Shown: one piece after another, positions 32,660 through 44,693 of the stretch
Position numbering within the stretch: the first letter of the stretch is position 1
How the letters are laid out: each line of letters starts with the position of its first letter
Source of the DNA: an uncultured Phycisphaerales bacterium
GTDB taxonomy: Bacteria > Planctomycetota > Phycisphaerae > Tepidisphaerales > Tepidisphaeraceae
DNA: 64,000 nucleotides
NCBI GenBank assembly: GCA_963755915.1
Contig: CAVWLP010000002.1
Coordinates: 2,944,001 to 3,008,000, forward strand
Direction: 5' to 3'
Notes under the pieces: generated by a model
Database searches by the model: none
Seen by the model: the letters and a program-made list of their open reading frames with translations, nothing else
Told to the model about the DNA's origin: nothing
Translations under genes and position numbers: made by a program

Positions 32660-33871
32660 ATGTCATTTTCTTCAGGCACCGTCTCCATGCGTCGTTTCTC
32701 CGTCCTCGGCTCCCACCCAAAGTCCATCGACCAATCCCATCTCGACGCCCTCGAAAAGCACAAAATCAACCCCCAGGACTCCGGAAGTGTAGAAATCGAC
32801 TACGGCTGGACCGCCGGCCGCCATATCTTCGACACCCAGTTTTCCTTCGAGCACAACGTCTTCAACGACGCCCTCTCTTTCGCCCTCCGCGTCGACACCA
32901 ACCGCGTCCCCGCCGAAATCCGCGCCGCCTTTAAAATCATGGAGGAAGACGCCCTCGTCGCCCAAAATCCCTCGGGTTTCATCAGCAACAAACAAAAAAA
33001 GACCGTCCGCGAGACCCTCTCGCAAAAAATCGACGACGAGCTCCGCACCGGCAAATACCGCCGCAGCAGGCTCACCCCCATCCTCTGGGATTTCCCCACC
33101 AACACCCTCTATTCCCCGGCTACCAGTTCCGCCGCCGAAAAACTAATGGAACTCTTCGAACGCACCTTCGGCCTCGAGCTCCAGCCCCTCAGCGCCGGCT
33201 CCCTCGCCCTGAACCTCTTGAAATCCCAGGCCCATCGCCGCGACTACGAAGACCTCCGCCCCACCCGTTTCGTCCTCGCCGACGGCGGTGATTCCCACTA
33301 CCCCGACTACCCCTGGGCCGCCAAAGGCCCTCAGCCCAAAGACTTCCTCGGCAACGAATTCCTCCTCTGGCTCTGGCACGAAGCCGACCGCAACCAGGGC
33401 GTAATCAAAACCGACCCGGCCGAAATCACTCTCTTCATCGACAAGCTTCTCGACCTGGATTGCGCCTACGGCCAATCCGGCCGCGACACCCTCCGCGCCG
33501 CCGGCCCCGCCCAAATGCCCGAAGCCCTCGACGCCCTCCGCTCCGCAAAAGTCCCCAGAAAACTAGGCCTCATCCTAGACACCGGCCAGCAATTCTCCCT
33601 CACCCTCAGCGCCGAACCCCTCTCAATTTCCTCCGCCCGTCTCCCCGACGTAGAAGACGCCGAAACCCCGCGCGTCCTCTTCGAAGAGCGCATCATGCTC
33701 CTGCGCGACCTCTGGCGCGCCATCGACCACCTCTTCGCCACATTCCTAAAGAATCGCACCACATCCCACTGGGAATCCCAAACCAATGCAATCCGCAAAT
33801 GGATTCTCACACCCCCTCCCCGTTTAGCCGCGCCCCGAAGGGAAGCCCTCCCCGAACCCGCCCCCGTCTAA
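32660..33871 (+). CDS. RdgC-like recombination-associated protein
   Basis: MSFSSGTVSMRRF, YGW, FALRVD..RVP, FERTFG..L, DFLGNEFLLWLW, ERI. Confidence 0.65.
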   Translation: MSFSSGTVSMRRFSVLGSHPKSIDQSHLDALEKHKINPQDSGSVEIDYGWTAGRHIFDTQFSFEHNVFNDALSFALRVDTNRVPAEIRAAFKIMEEDALVAQNPSGFISNKQKKTVRETLSQKIDDELRTGKYRRSRLTPILWDFPTNTLYSPATSSAAEKLMELFERTFGLELQPLSAGSLALNLLKSQAHRRDYEDLRPTRFVLADGGDSHYPDYPWAAKGPQPKDFLGNEFLLWLWHEADRNQGVIKTDPAEITLFIDKLLDLDCAYGQSGRDTLRAAGPAQMPEALDALRSAKVPRKLGLILDTGQQFSLTLSAEPLSISSARLPDVEDAETPRVLFEERIMLLRDLWRAIDHLFATFLKNRTTSHWESQTNAIRKWILTPPPRLAAPRREALPEPAPV

Positions 33872-34035
33872 ACTTCGCCACCTCCCCGAACGCCCACGGC
33901 GCCGCCGTGGAGCATTCACCCGTGTAGCCGCCGCACTTGTGCGGCGCTCTTCCCCCGTTTCGAATTTCAAATTTCGAATTTGACCTGTCCCGTGCGCCGG
34001 GGTTCGTCATTCGAATTTCGAGTTTCGAATTTCCC

Positions 34036-37000
34036 CTAAGGCATCGTGCTAGGTTCACTAGCCGGGATCTGGGCTTCCCCCAACACCCCCTTCACCGCCG
34101 CCAAAATCCCCTCCCCCGTCAAATCCTTCCCCACCACTTTCCCATCCCGTCCAATCAGCCACGCATGCCCCGTCCCGAAATTCGTATTCATAATCTGCCA
34201 CGCATCAACACCCGTCACCATCCCCGCCTGCGTCCACGGATCATTCCCCATCTTCCCTGGCGTCTGTCCCTTCAGCACAAACTCCGGCGCTATCTCCAGC
34301 ATCACCAGACGATCGTCATGCCCGTACTCCCCATAAACCTTCTTCAGAGGCTGCTCCAGGAAGCTCAAATTATTCGCCGCCCCAAACCACAGCAGCACAT
34401 ACTTCCCCCTCAAGTCCGTTAGCCTCATGCTCTTCCCATCGGTCGTCATCAAATCCAAATCCGCAACCTCATCCCCCACGTCATAATGCCCAAACCTTAC
34501 CACCTCCACCGGCTGAATCAGCAGCGCCTGATCGCTCCTCCCCCCCGGCATATCCGCAACCGTAAACTGCATCTGCCCCATCCCAATCTGTTGCCCGAAC
34601 CTGTTCTCGCCGCTCGTCTGCTGAATATTGATCATCAACTGATACGTCCCCGCCGGCACGTCGTCGATCCGGAACGACCCATCGCTGGCAATCGTGAACG
34701 GAATATTCCGGTTATTCGCCATCGCCTTTATCCGCTTCTCCTGCCACGCCTTCCCCTCGTCGGTCTTCGTCCAGTTCTGCATCCACTCCCGCTGCCTCTC
34801 CTCCGAAAGCATTCGCACGATCAGCGGCATCGGTGGCATCATATTCATCCCGCTGTTCCACGTATTCACCTGGCAAAAGCCATACTGCCAATCCGAATGG
34901 CTCTGAAAATACCCCGGCAAAATCACCCTCCCGACCACCGGCCTTCCCGTCCCCCCCAGGCTCACCGTCACCGTCTCCCCCGCCTTCACCTCCGCCATCC
35001 CCAGCGTCGCCGTCGTTGACGAGTTCGCGCTCAGCGGAATCATTCTCCCCAAACTCCAATGCCCCGGCGGCACTCGATCCGCCGAAAAATTCCCCTCCGC
35101 ATCCGTCTGCGCGTTGATCCCCATATAGACCCGCGGCTCCTGCGGATCGTACGGACCCTGATTTTCATCCAGCGACGAAATATTCACTTGCTGGTTCCCC
35201 GCCGGCTTCGATCCAATCATCATCTTCCCCTCAATCTTCCCCCACGCCGACACCGTCACCACCCCCGTCTTCGCGATCGCATCCCCATCCGCCTCCCCAT
35301 ATCCCTCATCCGCGATCACCGCCACTTTAAATTTCCCCGCCTCCTCCGGCGGCAAATCCACTTTCCCATCCGCTCCGCTCTCTGCCTGCGCACCCATCCC
35401 ATTCCCAAACTGCCTCCCGTCCTGCACAAACAACTGCTCCCCCGGCATCGCGATCCCCACCTTCGCATTCGCCACCGCCTTCCCATCCGCCGTCTCCACC
35501 GTAAAAATCAAATCCTTCCCCGCCTCCATCTTAATTGCCAGAGTCGCATCCCCTTCGCTCGACATCACCACCCGCGACTCCGCCGGCTTATAACCCTTCG
35601 CCTCCACCTTCACCGCGATCCCCGGATACGGCCACGTGTTTTCAAACGAAAATCTCCCCCCAGGCTGAACCGAATTCTGCGCAAAATCCCATCCCGGCTG
35701 CCAAGTTACTTGCTGATTTCCCGGCCACATGATCCCCATCTCAAGGGAAAACTTCTCGATCGGCTGCCCCGTCCCCGCATCCACCACCGTCCCGCTGATC
35801 CGCGTTGTCTTCCCCAGCCGGATCACATTCTCCTGCCCCGCCGAAATCGTCTGGTTCTGCACCCCGCAGCCCGCGCGCCTCCACGCTCACCTGCACCGGC
35901 CCATCCGGCGCTCCCGCCCACTTAAAATTCCCATCCCCGTCCGTCTGGATTCTCGGCGTCAGCGCCCCATTTACTCCATTCCAGTTGTCGATATTGATAA
36001 ACGCCCCCCGCACCGGCGCTCCATTCGCATCCAAAACCCTCCCCGTAATCGTCTGCCCTTTGCTCAACTGGATCGTCACGCTCTGATCCGCCTGCCCCAC
36101 TCCAAACTGCTTCATCCCCGTGCACATCCCGGCGCCTCCGCCACCACCGACGCCGATTCTCCCGCATTAAAGTGATGCACGATCTGCCCCGAACCATCCG
36201 TCTTCTGCGCCGGAATGCTGTTCGAGCTGAATCGGTTCTGCCCCATCGAAACCGTCGCCCCCTCCACCGGCGATCCATCCGGCCCCAATACCTTCACGGT
36301 CACCGCCACCCCTCGGTGCAGCGTATAAACCGCCGTCCCATCATAAAGCGCCGACACCGGTGAATACGGCTGCGGATAATAAAACGTCCCCGTCACATAA
36401 TTCAGATTCCACGCCACCATCCCGATCTGCTCGCAATCCACCGGCGCCCCGTTGTAACTCCATTTCCCTTCCGCATCCGTCTTGATCGCGTGCGTCGGAT
36501 TGCTCCAGTTGTAATCCACCTCCGCGCGTGGGTTGGACAGATCCTCCGTAAAATCCAGCGCCACGTTCGCCTCCGCCACCGGATTCCCCGAATCGTCCAC
36601 CACCTTCCCCGATATTTTCGTCGCCTTCCCCATCGTCAGCGTCATACTCGCCGGAACCGGCCCTCGATACGAAGGATTGTACGGCGCCCAGATCAGCCGC
36701 TGCGCCACATACCCCTTCCCGCTCACCCGCAAATTAAAATTCGGATTCTCCACATCCGGCACCGGCACCGTCACATGCCCATCCGCCCCCGTCGTCCCAT
36801 TAAATCGCGGACGATTGATCGACACTCTCAGCCCCGCCACCGGCTCCTTCGTCTTCCGGTCCACCGCCAGCAAGTCCATCGTCTTGCTCCCCGCCGCGAT
36901 CGGTGTATTCACCACCGGCGTCGCCGCCCTCGCCCCAGCCACCCCCGCCGGCGCACCACCACCTCCACCTGCCGCCGCCGGCGCAGAATTCGCCACGATT

Positions 37001-37164
37001 CCCGTATCCGGCGTACTTAAATTCGCCCCCGAACTCCCATTCGTAAACGAAAGCGTCCCCACCCAATACAACCCCGCCGGCACCAGCACCGCCGCCAGCA
37101 CGATCAGCCCAATCAAAACCCACGTCTTCGCCCCGCCCCAGCGATTCAAGGAATTAGTCTTCAT
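34036..37164 (-). CDS. Large membrane-anchored protein with carboxypeptidase-regulatory-like beta repeats and a C-terminal thioredoxin-like domain without CxxC; two frameshifts (~36125, ~35870)
   Basis: Repeated ISGKVVD..G.PV..A.V and TDAEG.F motifs across three ORFs; DGKSMRLTDLRGKYVLLWF...LIGRDGKVV. Confidence 0.7.
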
Positions 37165-37298
37165 GTTTTGCCTCAATCGAATTGCGCCTTCGTTATCCGC
37201 CTGTGAGCAATAAATTCTAACTGCCTTCCCCCTCCATAAGCCAATTTTTGCTCCCCCGTTCAAACCCCTCTAATATTTTCCGACGCGGCCACCCATCC

Positions 37299-38345
37299 AT
37301 GCCAACTCCCCCCGAGAATTCCGCCACCATCCTCACCGCCAACCCCGGCTCCGCAGGCTCAGCCATCGCCGTCATCCGCATTCGCGGTCCCCTCGTTCCC
37401 CACTTCCTCGCCACCCATTTCTCCAAACCCCTCATCCCCGGCATATGCCTTCACGCCAACCTTCACGACCAATCCGAAATCATTGACGATCCCATCCTCC
37501 TCCTCTCCCAAGATTCCCAATGGGCCGATATCTCCCTCCACGGCGGCCCCTGGATTCTCGCCTCCATCCTCGCCCTCTGCCACCGCGAAGGCTTCTCCAT
37601 CCTCAACTCCCAAACCCCTCTTCCCCCTCAATCCTTCGACGAAGCCCCCGACGATTTCCAACGCGAGATGCTCAGCCATCTTCCGCAAGCCTTGACCCGC
37701 CAATCCCTACGAATGCTCCTAAGCCAGCCCTCCCTCTGGCACGAAGCCCTGAAAAATAAAACGCTGAACCCCACCCCCATCCTGCAAGACCAAACCCTCT
37801 GGCGTCTTCTACATCCACCGCAAATCGCCATCGTCGGCGAGCCCAACGTCGGCAAGTCCACCCTCGCCAATCTCCTTTTCTCCGCCCCGCGCTCCATCAC
37901 CGCCGACATCCCCGGCACCACCCGCGACTACGTCGCCGAACTCGCCGACATCGCCGGCCTCCCCGCCACCCTCATCGACACCCCCGGCCAACGCCAAACC
38001 CCCGACCCCCTCGAACGCGCCGCCATCTCCTTCAGCCAAAAAAAAATCGCCCAAAGCGACCTCCTCCTTATCCTCCTCGACGCCACCCACCCACCCCAGG
38101 CCCCGCTCTCCTACCCCCCATCACCCAGAAAAATCACCGTCATCAACAAAATCGATCAACCCCTCGCATGGAATTTCCCCACAGACTCCATCCCCATCTC
38201 CGCCCAAACCGCCCAGGGAATCGAAGCCCTCCACGCCGCCATTCACCGCCAACTAGGCATCACCGATCTAAACGAAAATCGCCCACGCTGGTGGACCGAC
38301 CGGCAAAGGGCCCTGTTGCAGAAAATCGCGACACCCGCCCGATAA
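37299..38345 (+). CDS. Short MnmE/TrmE-like GTPase
   Basis: SAIAVIRIRGP, SLHGG, GEPNVGKSTL, PGTTRD, DTPG, NKID. Confidence 0.8.
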   Translation: MPTPPENSATILTANPGSAGSAIAVIRIRGPLVPHFLATHFSKPLIPGICLHANLHDQSEIIDDPILLLSQDSQWADISLHGGPWILASILALCHREGFSILNSQTPLPPQSFDEAPDDFQREMLSHLPQALTRQSLRMLLSQPSLWHEALKNKTLNPTPILQDQTLWRLLHPPQIAIVGEPNVGKSTLANLLFSAPRSITADIPGTTRDYVAELADIAGLPATLIDTPGQRQTPDPLERAAISFSQKKIAQSDLLLILLDATHPPQAPLSYPPSPRKITVINKIDQPLAWNFPTDSIPISAQTAQGIEALHAAIHRQLGITDLNENRPRWWTDRQRALLQKIATPAR

Positions 38346-38350
38346 TCTAA

Positions 38351-39022
38351 ATGATGCTCGTCTCCAACGACCCCAAAATGGAGTTCGTCAACTACCACGC
38401 CAACACCAGTCTCTTCGCCCTCTCCATCCTCCAGCAAAACAAGCCCCTCAATCAGCAAAAGCTTTTCAGCATCGCCTGCCTCATGCCCCACCTCGCCGAC
38501 TATTTGGCCCTCTTCCACACCGTCCACCACAGCTCCCTCGTCGAAACCCACTGGCCCGCCCCCCCGGACCAATTCCCCGCCAGGCTCATCGAACACCGCA
38601 ATGACTTCTTCGAACTCCCTCCCCTCGACATCGACTGCGTCATCTCCCACGCCGCCATCCACTGCTTCAACGACACCCGCTACGGCAACACGAACAATTC
38701 CACCGGCTGGCAACGCCCATACCAAGTCCCCGCCAAGCTCCGCCAGATCATCGGCAAAAAACAAATCCCCATCATCGTCAGCATCTCCGTCAACCGAGAC
38801 GAGGCCTTCATCGACAACAACACCCATCTCTCCCACGAAAAGTTCATCCATTCCTTCCGCGCCTCAGGATTCGAGCTCCAGGACCACTTCTTCGACTACG
38901 TCTGCGGCGGCATCCCCCAAAAACCCGAATACCTCAAACTGGAATACCGCCGCTCCAAAACCCTCCCCCCCCAAGGCGGCCCCCAAAAAGATTGGATCGT
39001 CGGAAACTACCACTTCCACTAA
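38351..39022 (+). CDS. Hypothetical protein, possibly SAM-methyltransferase-like
   Basis: Host-like codon pattern; DCVISHAAIHCF..TRYG resembles methyltransferase motif IV. Confidence 0.45.
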   Translation: MMLVSNDPKMEFVNYHANTSLFALSILQQNKPLNQQKLFSIACLMPHLADYLALFHTVHHSSLVETHWPAPPDQFPARLIEHRNDFFELPPLDIDCVISHAAIHCFNDTRYGNTNNSTGWQRPYQVPAKLRQIIGKKQIPIIVSISVNRDEAFIDNNTHLSHEKFIHSFRASGFELQDHFFDYVCGGIPQKPEYLKLEYRRSKTLPPQGGPQKDWIVGNYHFH

Positions 39023-39041
39023 CCCCCAACCCCCAACACAA

Positions 39042-39070
39042 AAGCCACAGGATGGCAATCCTGTGGCCTT
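39042..39070. terminator. Stem-loop between convergent genes
   Basis: GCCACAGGAT-GGCA-ATCCTGTGGC flanked by A and T runs. Confidence 0.6.
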
Positions 39071-39175
39071 CTTTCAACTGATGTCCGAAATCCGAAATCC
39101 CAATTTCGATTCGAATTTCGAATTTCCCTCATTCGAATTTGATTCGAATTTCGAGTTTCGAATTTCGAGTTTCCC

Positions 39176-41305
39176 CTAATACCCCGCCCACCGCGCGATA
39201 TCCTGATAAGTCACCAGCAAAAACACCCCAAGAATCAACACCAACCCCACCATCTGCACAATCCTCTGCGTCTCCGCCGACAGCGGCTTCCCCTGAATCT
39301 TCTCCAGGATCAGCAGCGTAAAAAGTCCCCCATCCACAATCGGAATCGGCAGAAAGTTAACGACTGCCAGATTCGCGCTGATCAAACACAAAAACCACAG
39401 CAGCCACGTAGCCCCTCGGCTCGCCACCTGCGCCCCCTCATGCGCCATCCCCACGGGCCCCATCACATTGGAAAGCGCCACGCCACCGGTAACCATCCGC
39501 TGCAGCGTCACATAAAACTGCAAGATCAAATCCCGCGTCTCATCCACACCCCACCCCATCGCCAACAGCGGATTATGTGTATGCCGCTCGCTCATCATCG
39601 TGTGCAGCGGCAGATACTGCGTCAGCGTCACCGCCTTCGCGTCATCAATATCATTCTGCGCCAGCTCGATCGTCGCCACCGCCGGCTTCCCATCCACGTC
39701 CGGCGGCAAAAACGTAATCGCCAGCTTCTCTCCCGCCTTCCCATCCGCAACGATCTTCCGTAACTCAAACCAGTTGCTGATCGCTTGTCCGTTAATCTCC
39801 GTCAACGTCGCCCCCGCCGGAATCTTCCCCGCAACAGGCCCGTCTTTAACGACCTCCGCCACCACCAAATGCTGCTCATCCGTCCCCAGCGGCGCAATCC
39901 CCAACCCCATCCGCCCGCCGCTCTTCGGCAGCCGGTACGGCTGCAAATCCGCCACCACCCGCGGCGTCGTCTGACCAGGATCCAGCACCGTCAGCGAAAC
40001 CTTCACATCATTATCCCCAGCCCGCAAAATCGTCTGCCGAAGCTGCTGCACCGTCGGATGCGACAAATGATCCGACGCCGCATCCACCGCCAATATCACA
40101 TCCCCCGGAATCAGTCTCCCCAGCGCCGGCGATGTATCAATCAATCCCATCACCGTCGCCCGCGGCGCCATCCCCAAAATCGACAAATCCGCATCCGTAA
40201 ACGGCAACCCAAAATACGGCGTCACCGATGTATGCCGGATCTTCCCATCCGGCCCCTCAACCGTCAGCGCCACCGCCTTCCCATTCGAATCCTCCAGCGC
40301 CCCATACAACTGCGCAATCGCAGCGGCGGGGGGGTTCCGATTCACTATCTTCCCATTGATCTGTGTAACCCTATCCCCCGGATTCAGCGCGTTCTCATCC
40401 GGCAATTCCATCTTCGCCAGCGTCGCGTCATCGTCCGTATCGTCCTCTGCAAAAACCTCCGGCCCCGATAGCTCAAACGGCTGAATCACCCCAAGCTGCA
40501 GCAATCCCTTCCCATCCTCCCCCTCCCGCTGCGGCGTCGTATACAGCGTCTCGCTCTTCCCATTCGGATGCTTCACCTCCAGCGCCACCCGCGTCCCGTC
40601 ATACGTTAGCGCAACATTCAGCGGTATCCGCGAAAAATCCCCCATCATCGGCTTCCCGCGATACGAAACAATCTCATCCCCAGGCTGCAACCCCACCACG
40701 TTCCCATCCGCCGTCACCGCTCGCGCCGCCGGACTCCCCGCGATCACGCCCCCAACAATCGCCGGCGGAACCGGATATCCCACCATGAACAAAATCATGA
40801 ACCCGATCGCCGCGAAGATAATGTTCATCACCACGCCCGCGGAAACAATGATCATCCGCGCCCCCACGGACTTTTTGTTATACGCCCGCGGATCCTCCGC
40901 CGTCACCCCCGGCCGAAGGTCGTCCTGCCCGAGCATCTTCACATACCCGCCCAGCGGCACCCAGTTAAAACGGTATTCCGTCTCCCCCAGCCCGATCCGC
41001 GCCGCCACCGTCGCCGCATAATCCAGCGTCGGATTCGCCTTCTCATGCAGTTGCAGCTCTTCCTTTTCCACCTTCTCAATATGCTCGTGAATCGCCTTGT
41101 TATAGTCCGGCGTAGTCGTCCCCCAACGAAACCCGATCCCCTTCCGATACGCCACGATCGCCGGCCCAAACCCAATCGCAAACTGCTCCACTTTCACGTC
41201 GCAATATTTCGCCGCCAGAAAGTGCCCCAGCTCGTGAACAAATATCACGATCCCCAGCCCCAGCGCCAACTGCGCATAATCCAACGCGTTATGAAAGTAG
41301 ATCAT
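39176..41305 (-). CDS. rseP: RIP metalloprotease RseP with multiple PDZ domains
   Basis: HELGH, FAIGFGP, PLGGYVKM, NFLPIPIVDGG; downstream of dxr. Confidence 0.92.
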   Translation of the reverse strand: MIYFHNALDYAQLALGLGIVIFVHELGHFLAAKYCDVKVEQFAIGFGPAIVAYRKGIGFRWGTTTPDYNKAIHEHIEKVEKEELQLHEKANPTLDYAATVAARIGLGETEYRFNWVPLGGYVKMLGQDDLRPGVTAEDPRAYNKKSVGARMIIVSAGVVMNIIFAAIGFMILFMVGYPVPPAIVGGVIAGSPAARAVTADGNVVGLQPGDEIVSYRGKPMMGDFSRIPLNVALTYDGTRVALEVKHPNGKSETLYTTPQREGEDGKGLLQLGVIQPFELSGPEVFAEDDTDDDATLAKMELPDENALNPGDRVTQINGKIVNRNPPAAAIAQLYGALEDSNGKAVALTVEGPDGKIRHTSVTPYFGLPFTDADLSILGMAPRATVMGLIDTSPALGRLIPGDVILAVDAASDHLSHPTVQQLRQTILRAGDNDVKVSLTVLDPGQTTPRVVADLQPYRLPKSGGRMGLGIAPLGTDEQHLVVAEVVKDGPVAGKIPAGATLTEINGQAISNWFELRKIVADGKAGEKLAITFLPPDVDGKPAVATIELAQNDIDDAKAVTLTQYLPLHTMMSERHTHNPLLAMGWGVDETRDLILQFYVTLQRMVTGGVALSNVMGPVGMAHEGAQVASRGATWLLWFLCLISANLAVVNFLPIPIVDGGLFTLLILEKIQGKPLSAETQRIVQMVGLVLILGVFLLVTYQDIARWAGY

Positions 41306-41344
41306 CGATAACCTGTTTAGCGGCCGCGTTTACGCGGCGCGACT

Positions 41345-42519
41345 TTAACCCAACGGCGCACACGTACGCACCGCTATCGAACTTTCTGCCGTATCCCTTG
41401 CCCATCGGTCCGCTTCGAGCAAATCGTCCAGAGACGGTTGCTCCTGAATACGATGGAGCGAAATTGTATGTTCCACAATACCCGAAATCTCGCCAAAGGC
41501 GATTCGCCCCCCCATAAAGGCCGCAACCCCTGCCTCATTTGCCGCGTTTAACACCGCCCCAGCCGTCCCACCCGCCTCCGCAACCTTATACGCCAGCTTC
41601 AAAGCCGGAAACCTCTCAAAGTCCGGCGGCTCCAGATTTAGACTATGACATTTCGTCCAGTCCATCCGTCTCGAACACCCCACCGCACGATCCGGATAAG
41701 TCAGCGCATACTGAATCGGCGTCCGCATATCCGGCGGCGACATCTGCGCCATCACCGACCCATCCACAAACTCCACCATCGAATGAATCACCGACTCCGG
41801 ATGTATCATGATCTGCACCTGCTCCGGCTTCAGATCAAACAGCCAGCAAGCCTCAATAAGTTCCAGCGCCTTGTTAAACATCGTCGCCGAATCAATGGTA
41901 ATCTTATTCCCCATCCTCCACGTCGGATGATTCAGCGCGTCCTCCACCGTCGCGCTTCGAATCTTCTCCAAAGGCGCGTTTCTGAAGGGTCCTCCACTCG
42001 CCGTAAGAATCACCCGCTTGACTTCGCTCCCCCGTCCACAAGCCATCGCCTGAAATATCGCCGAATGCTCCGAATCCACAGGCAGCAATTTCACCCCGCG
42101 CTGCGCGCCTCCGGAATGAGCAGCGACCCCGCCACAACCAGCGCCTCCTTATTCGCCAGCGCCAATGTTTTCCCCGCCCTTACCGCCGCCAATGCCGCCG
42201 GCAACCCCGCCGCCCCCACAACCGCCGCCACCACAATATCCACCTCCTCATGCCGCGCCAGATCGACGAGCCCGCTCTCCCCCACAAAAATCCGCGGCCC
42301 CCCAACCCCCAGCAATTCCTTCAACTCCTCCACTCGCTCCCGATCCACAATCGCCACCGAATGCGGCTCAAACTCCTTCACCTGCCCCGCCAGCTTCCCC
42401 ACCTGCCGATGCGCCCCCAACCCCACCGCCCGGTAGGGGGGCCCCAGATGCCGAACCACGTCCAGCGTACTGCACCCAATCGATCCCGTAGACCCAAGAA
42501 TCGCGACGCGTTTGCTCAC
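41345..42519 (-). CDS. dxr: 1-deoxy-D-xylulose-5-phosphate reductoisomerase; frameshift near 42093
   Basis: LGSTGSIG, LALANKE, LPVDSEHSAIFQ, LTASGGPF, KITIDSATM. Confidence 0.95.
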
Positions 42520-42581
42520 GACTCCACACTATAACGACGAACCTCCACCCCGTGTAGCCGCCGGGCTTCCCCGGCGCTGAT

Positions 42582-44204
42582 TTACAGTCCCCGCAGCGCC
42601 GCTCCCACTTCCCCCACAACTCCCTCCCAATCCCCCTCAACCTTCTGCCTCACCACGCGCACGCTCGGATACCACGGACTATCCTGCTTCCCGCGCATCC
42701 ACCTCCAATCCCCCTCCGTCCGCAGCAGCAAAAACGTCTTCTTCCCCATCGCTCCCGCCAGGTGCGCCACTGCCGTATCGACTGAAACCACCGCATCCAG
42801 ATTCGCCATCAACCCCGCCGTCTCCGCAAAATCGCTCAGTTCCTTCGTCCGATCCAACATCCCCATCCCCGCCCCCTCCGCCCCGCGCCCTTTCTGTAAG
42901 CTCACCCACCGAACCCCCGCGAGCCCCATCAGCGGTCTCAGCATCTCTACCGGCATCGAACGTTTCCGACCAATCCGATGCTTCGGTGACCCCGCCCATA
43001 CCACGCCCACCCGCTTTCCCTTCTCCGCGCCCAATGCTCCCGCCCACTTCCTCTCAATCTCCCCATCCGCCCGCAAATACACCTCCGCCGGAATCGTCTC
43101 CACCGTCGTCCGAAACGCCCACGGCAAACTCAGCAGCGACGCATGAAAATCAAACGCCCCCATTTCCTCCCCATCAAAAACCATCTTCACCCCCATTCCC
43201 CCAAACAGCCGCCCCAATTCTCTCTGCACGCGCAATGTCACCAACGCCCCCATCCGCGCCACCATCGGCACATACCGCACAAACTGAATCGCATCCCCCA
43301 GTCCCCCCTCATCGTGCAGCAGAATTCTTTTTTCCGTTATCTCCTGCCCCTGCCACTGCGGGAAAGGATATTTCGCCCGCGCCGCCAGCGCATGTGCCCG
43401 CCATTCATACTCCTCAAACCCCCTCCCGTAATCCCCCGCCGCAAGCAGCACCAGCGCCAGATTGTAATGCGCCGGCCCCGACCTCGGGTTGATCGCCAGC
43501 GCCCGCTCAAGCGCCGCCACCGCCTCCTCATGCCGCCCCAGCGATTCCATCGCCGCCCCAATATTCGCGTGTGCATTGGCCAGTTTCTCGTCCTGCTCGA
43601 TCGCTTTTCGATACGCCGATATCGCCTCCTCATCGCGCCCCGTCTCATGCAGCGCCACGCCCAGATTGATCTGCGCCTCCGCCAGTTGCGGATTCAGCTC
43701 CAGCGCCCGCCGGCTCGCCGCCATTGACTCCTCAAATCGGTCCAGCCGATTCAGCGCCGCCCCCAGGTTGCTGTACGCATTGGAAAAATCTCCCCGCAGC
43801 TCAACCGCCCTCGCAAACGCCTCGGCCGCCTGACCTATCTGTTTGTTCCGCAGCAGCAAAACCCCCAGGCTGTTATACGCCTCCGCAAAATCCCCTCTCA
43901 ACTCAATCGCCTTCCGATGCCCCTCCATCGCCTCCTCGACCCTCCCCAGGTTGGCAAGAATCATCCCCCGATTATTCCAAAACTCCGCGCACTCCGGATC
44001 CCCCGCAATCGACCGATCAATCAACTCCAGCCCCGCCTGATTTTCCCCCTTCTCTCCCAGCAAAACCCCCAGCAGATGCAGCGCATCCACATCCTCCGGC
44101 CACTCCCCCAGCACCCGCCGGTAAATCCTCTCCGCCCCCTCCAGCTCCCCAACCGAATGCAGCCTCATCCCCTCTTCAAGTTGTAGATCCACTTTCTCGT
44201 CCAT
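42582..44204 (-). CDS. TPR-repeat protein with C-terminal GT9-like glycosyltransferase domain
   Basis: TPRs; EGGLGDAIQFVRY, VGVVWAG, VDTAVAHLAGAMG, DWRW...SPWYPS. Confidence 0.85.
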   Translation of the reverse strand: MDEKVDLQLEEGMRLHSVGELEGAERIYRRVLGEWPEDVDALHLLGVLLGEKGENQAGLELIDRSIAGDPECAEFWNNRGMILANLGRVEEAMEGHRKAIELRGDFAEAYNSLGVLLLRNKQIGQAAEAFARAVELRGDFSNAYSNLGAALNRLDRFEESMAASRRALELNPQLAEAQINLGVALHETGRDEEAISAYRKAIEQDEKLANAHANIGAAMESLGRHEEAVAALERALAINPRSGPAHYNLALVLLAAGDYGRGFEEYEWRAHALAARAKYPFPQWQGQEITEKRILLHDEGGLGDAIQFVRYVPMVARMGALVTLRVQRELGRLFGGMGVKMVFDGEEMGAFDFHASLLSLPWAFRTTVETIPAEVYLRADGEIERKWAGALGAEKGKRVGVVWAGSPKHRIGRKRSMPVEMLRPLMGLAGVRWVSLQKGRGAEGAGMGMLDRTKELSDFAETAGLMANLDAVVSVDTAVAHLAGAMGKKTFLLLRTEGDWRWMRGKQDSPWYPSVRVVRQKVEGDWEGVVGEVGAALRGL

Positions 44205-44658
44205 CGCGCTCCAAACCTTCCCTCATCGCCCAGGGCAACGCAACCCCCGCCCCCAGCAATACCAGCACTTCCCCCGAATAAATCATCATCGAAACCCCAT
44301 GCAATTTCTTAAACTCCGCCCCGGATGATTGCCCCTGCTCCCGAAGTTGTTCCATCCTCGCCGTAACAAAAATCGGCCCCAGCGCCGCCGGCACCGCCGC
44401 AACCGCCAGCAGCGAAAAGATAACGGTGACTCTCACTGACCCCGACAAAACCCTCCACGCCACCACCCCCAGCAACCCCGCCGCCGCAACGATCAGTTGA
44501 TACCTCTCCCAAACCAAAAACATCTCCGGCGCCGCATTGAGAGCGGTAGGGCGGTCCTTAGCAAACAAGTCCGACACAAACAAAAACAGCGCCCCCAACC
44601 CCCCAAACCAAAGCCCCCACGCAACACAAACCAGCGCCGCCGCGATCTTCCGCAACAT
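44176..44658 (-). CDS. DUF4149/TMEM205-like membrane protein
   Basis: Four TM segments; W.GG and FKKLHGVS motifs. Confidence 0.65.
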   Translation of the reverse strand: MLRKIAAALVCVAWGLWFGGLGALFLFVSDLFAKDRPTALNAAPEMFLVWERYQLIVAAAGLLGVVAWRVLSGSVRVTVIFSLLAVAAVPAALGPIFVTARMEQLREQGQSSGAEFKKLHGVSMMIYSGEVLVLLGAGVALPWAMREGLERDGRESGSTT

Positions 44659-44693
44659 GCCCACAAATATACTCGAATCCCACAATTACCTGA

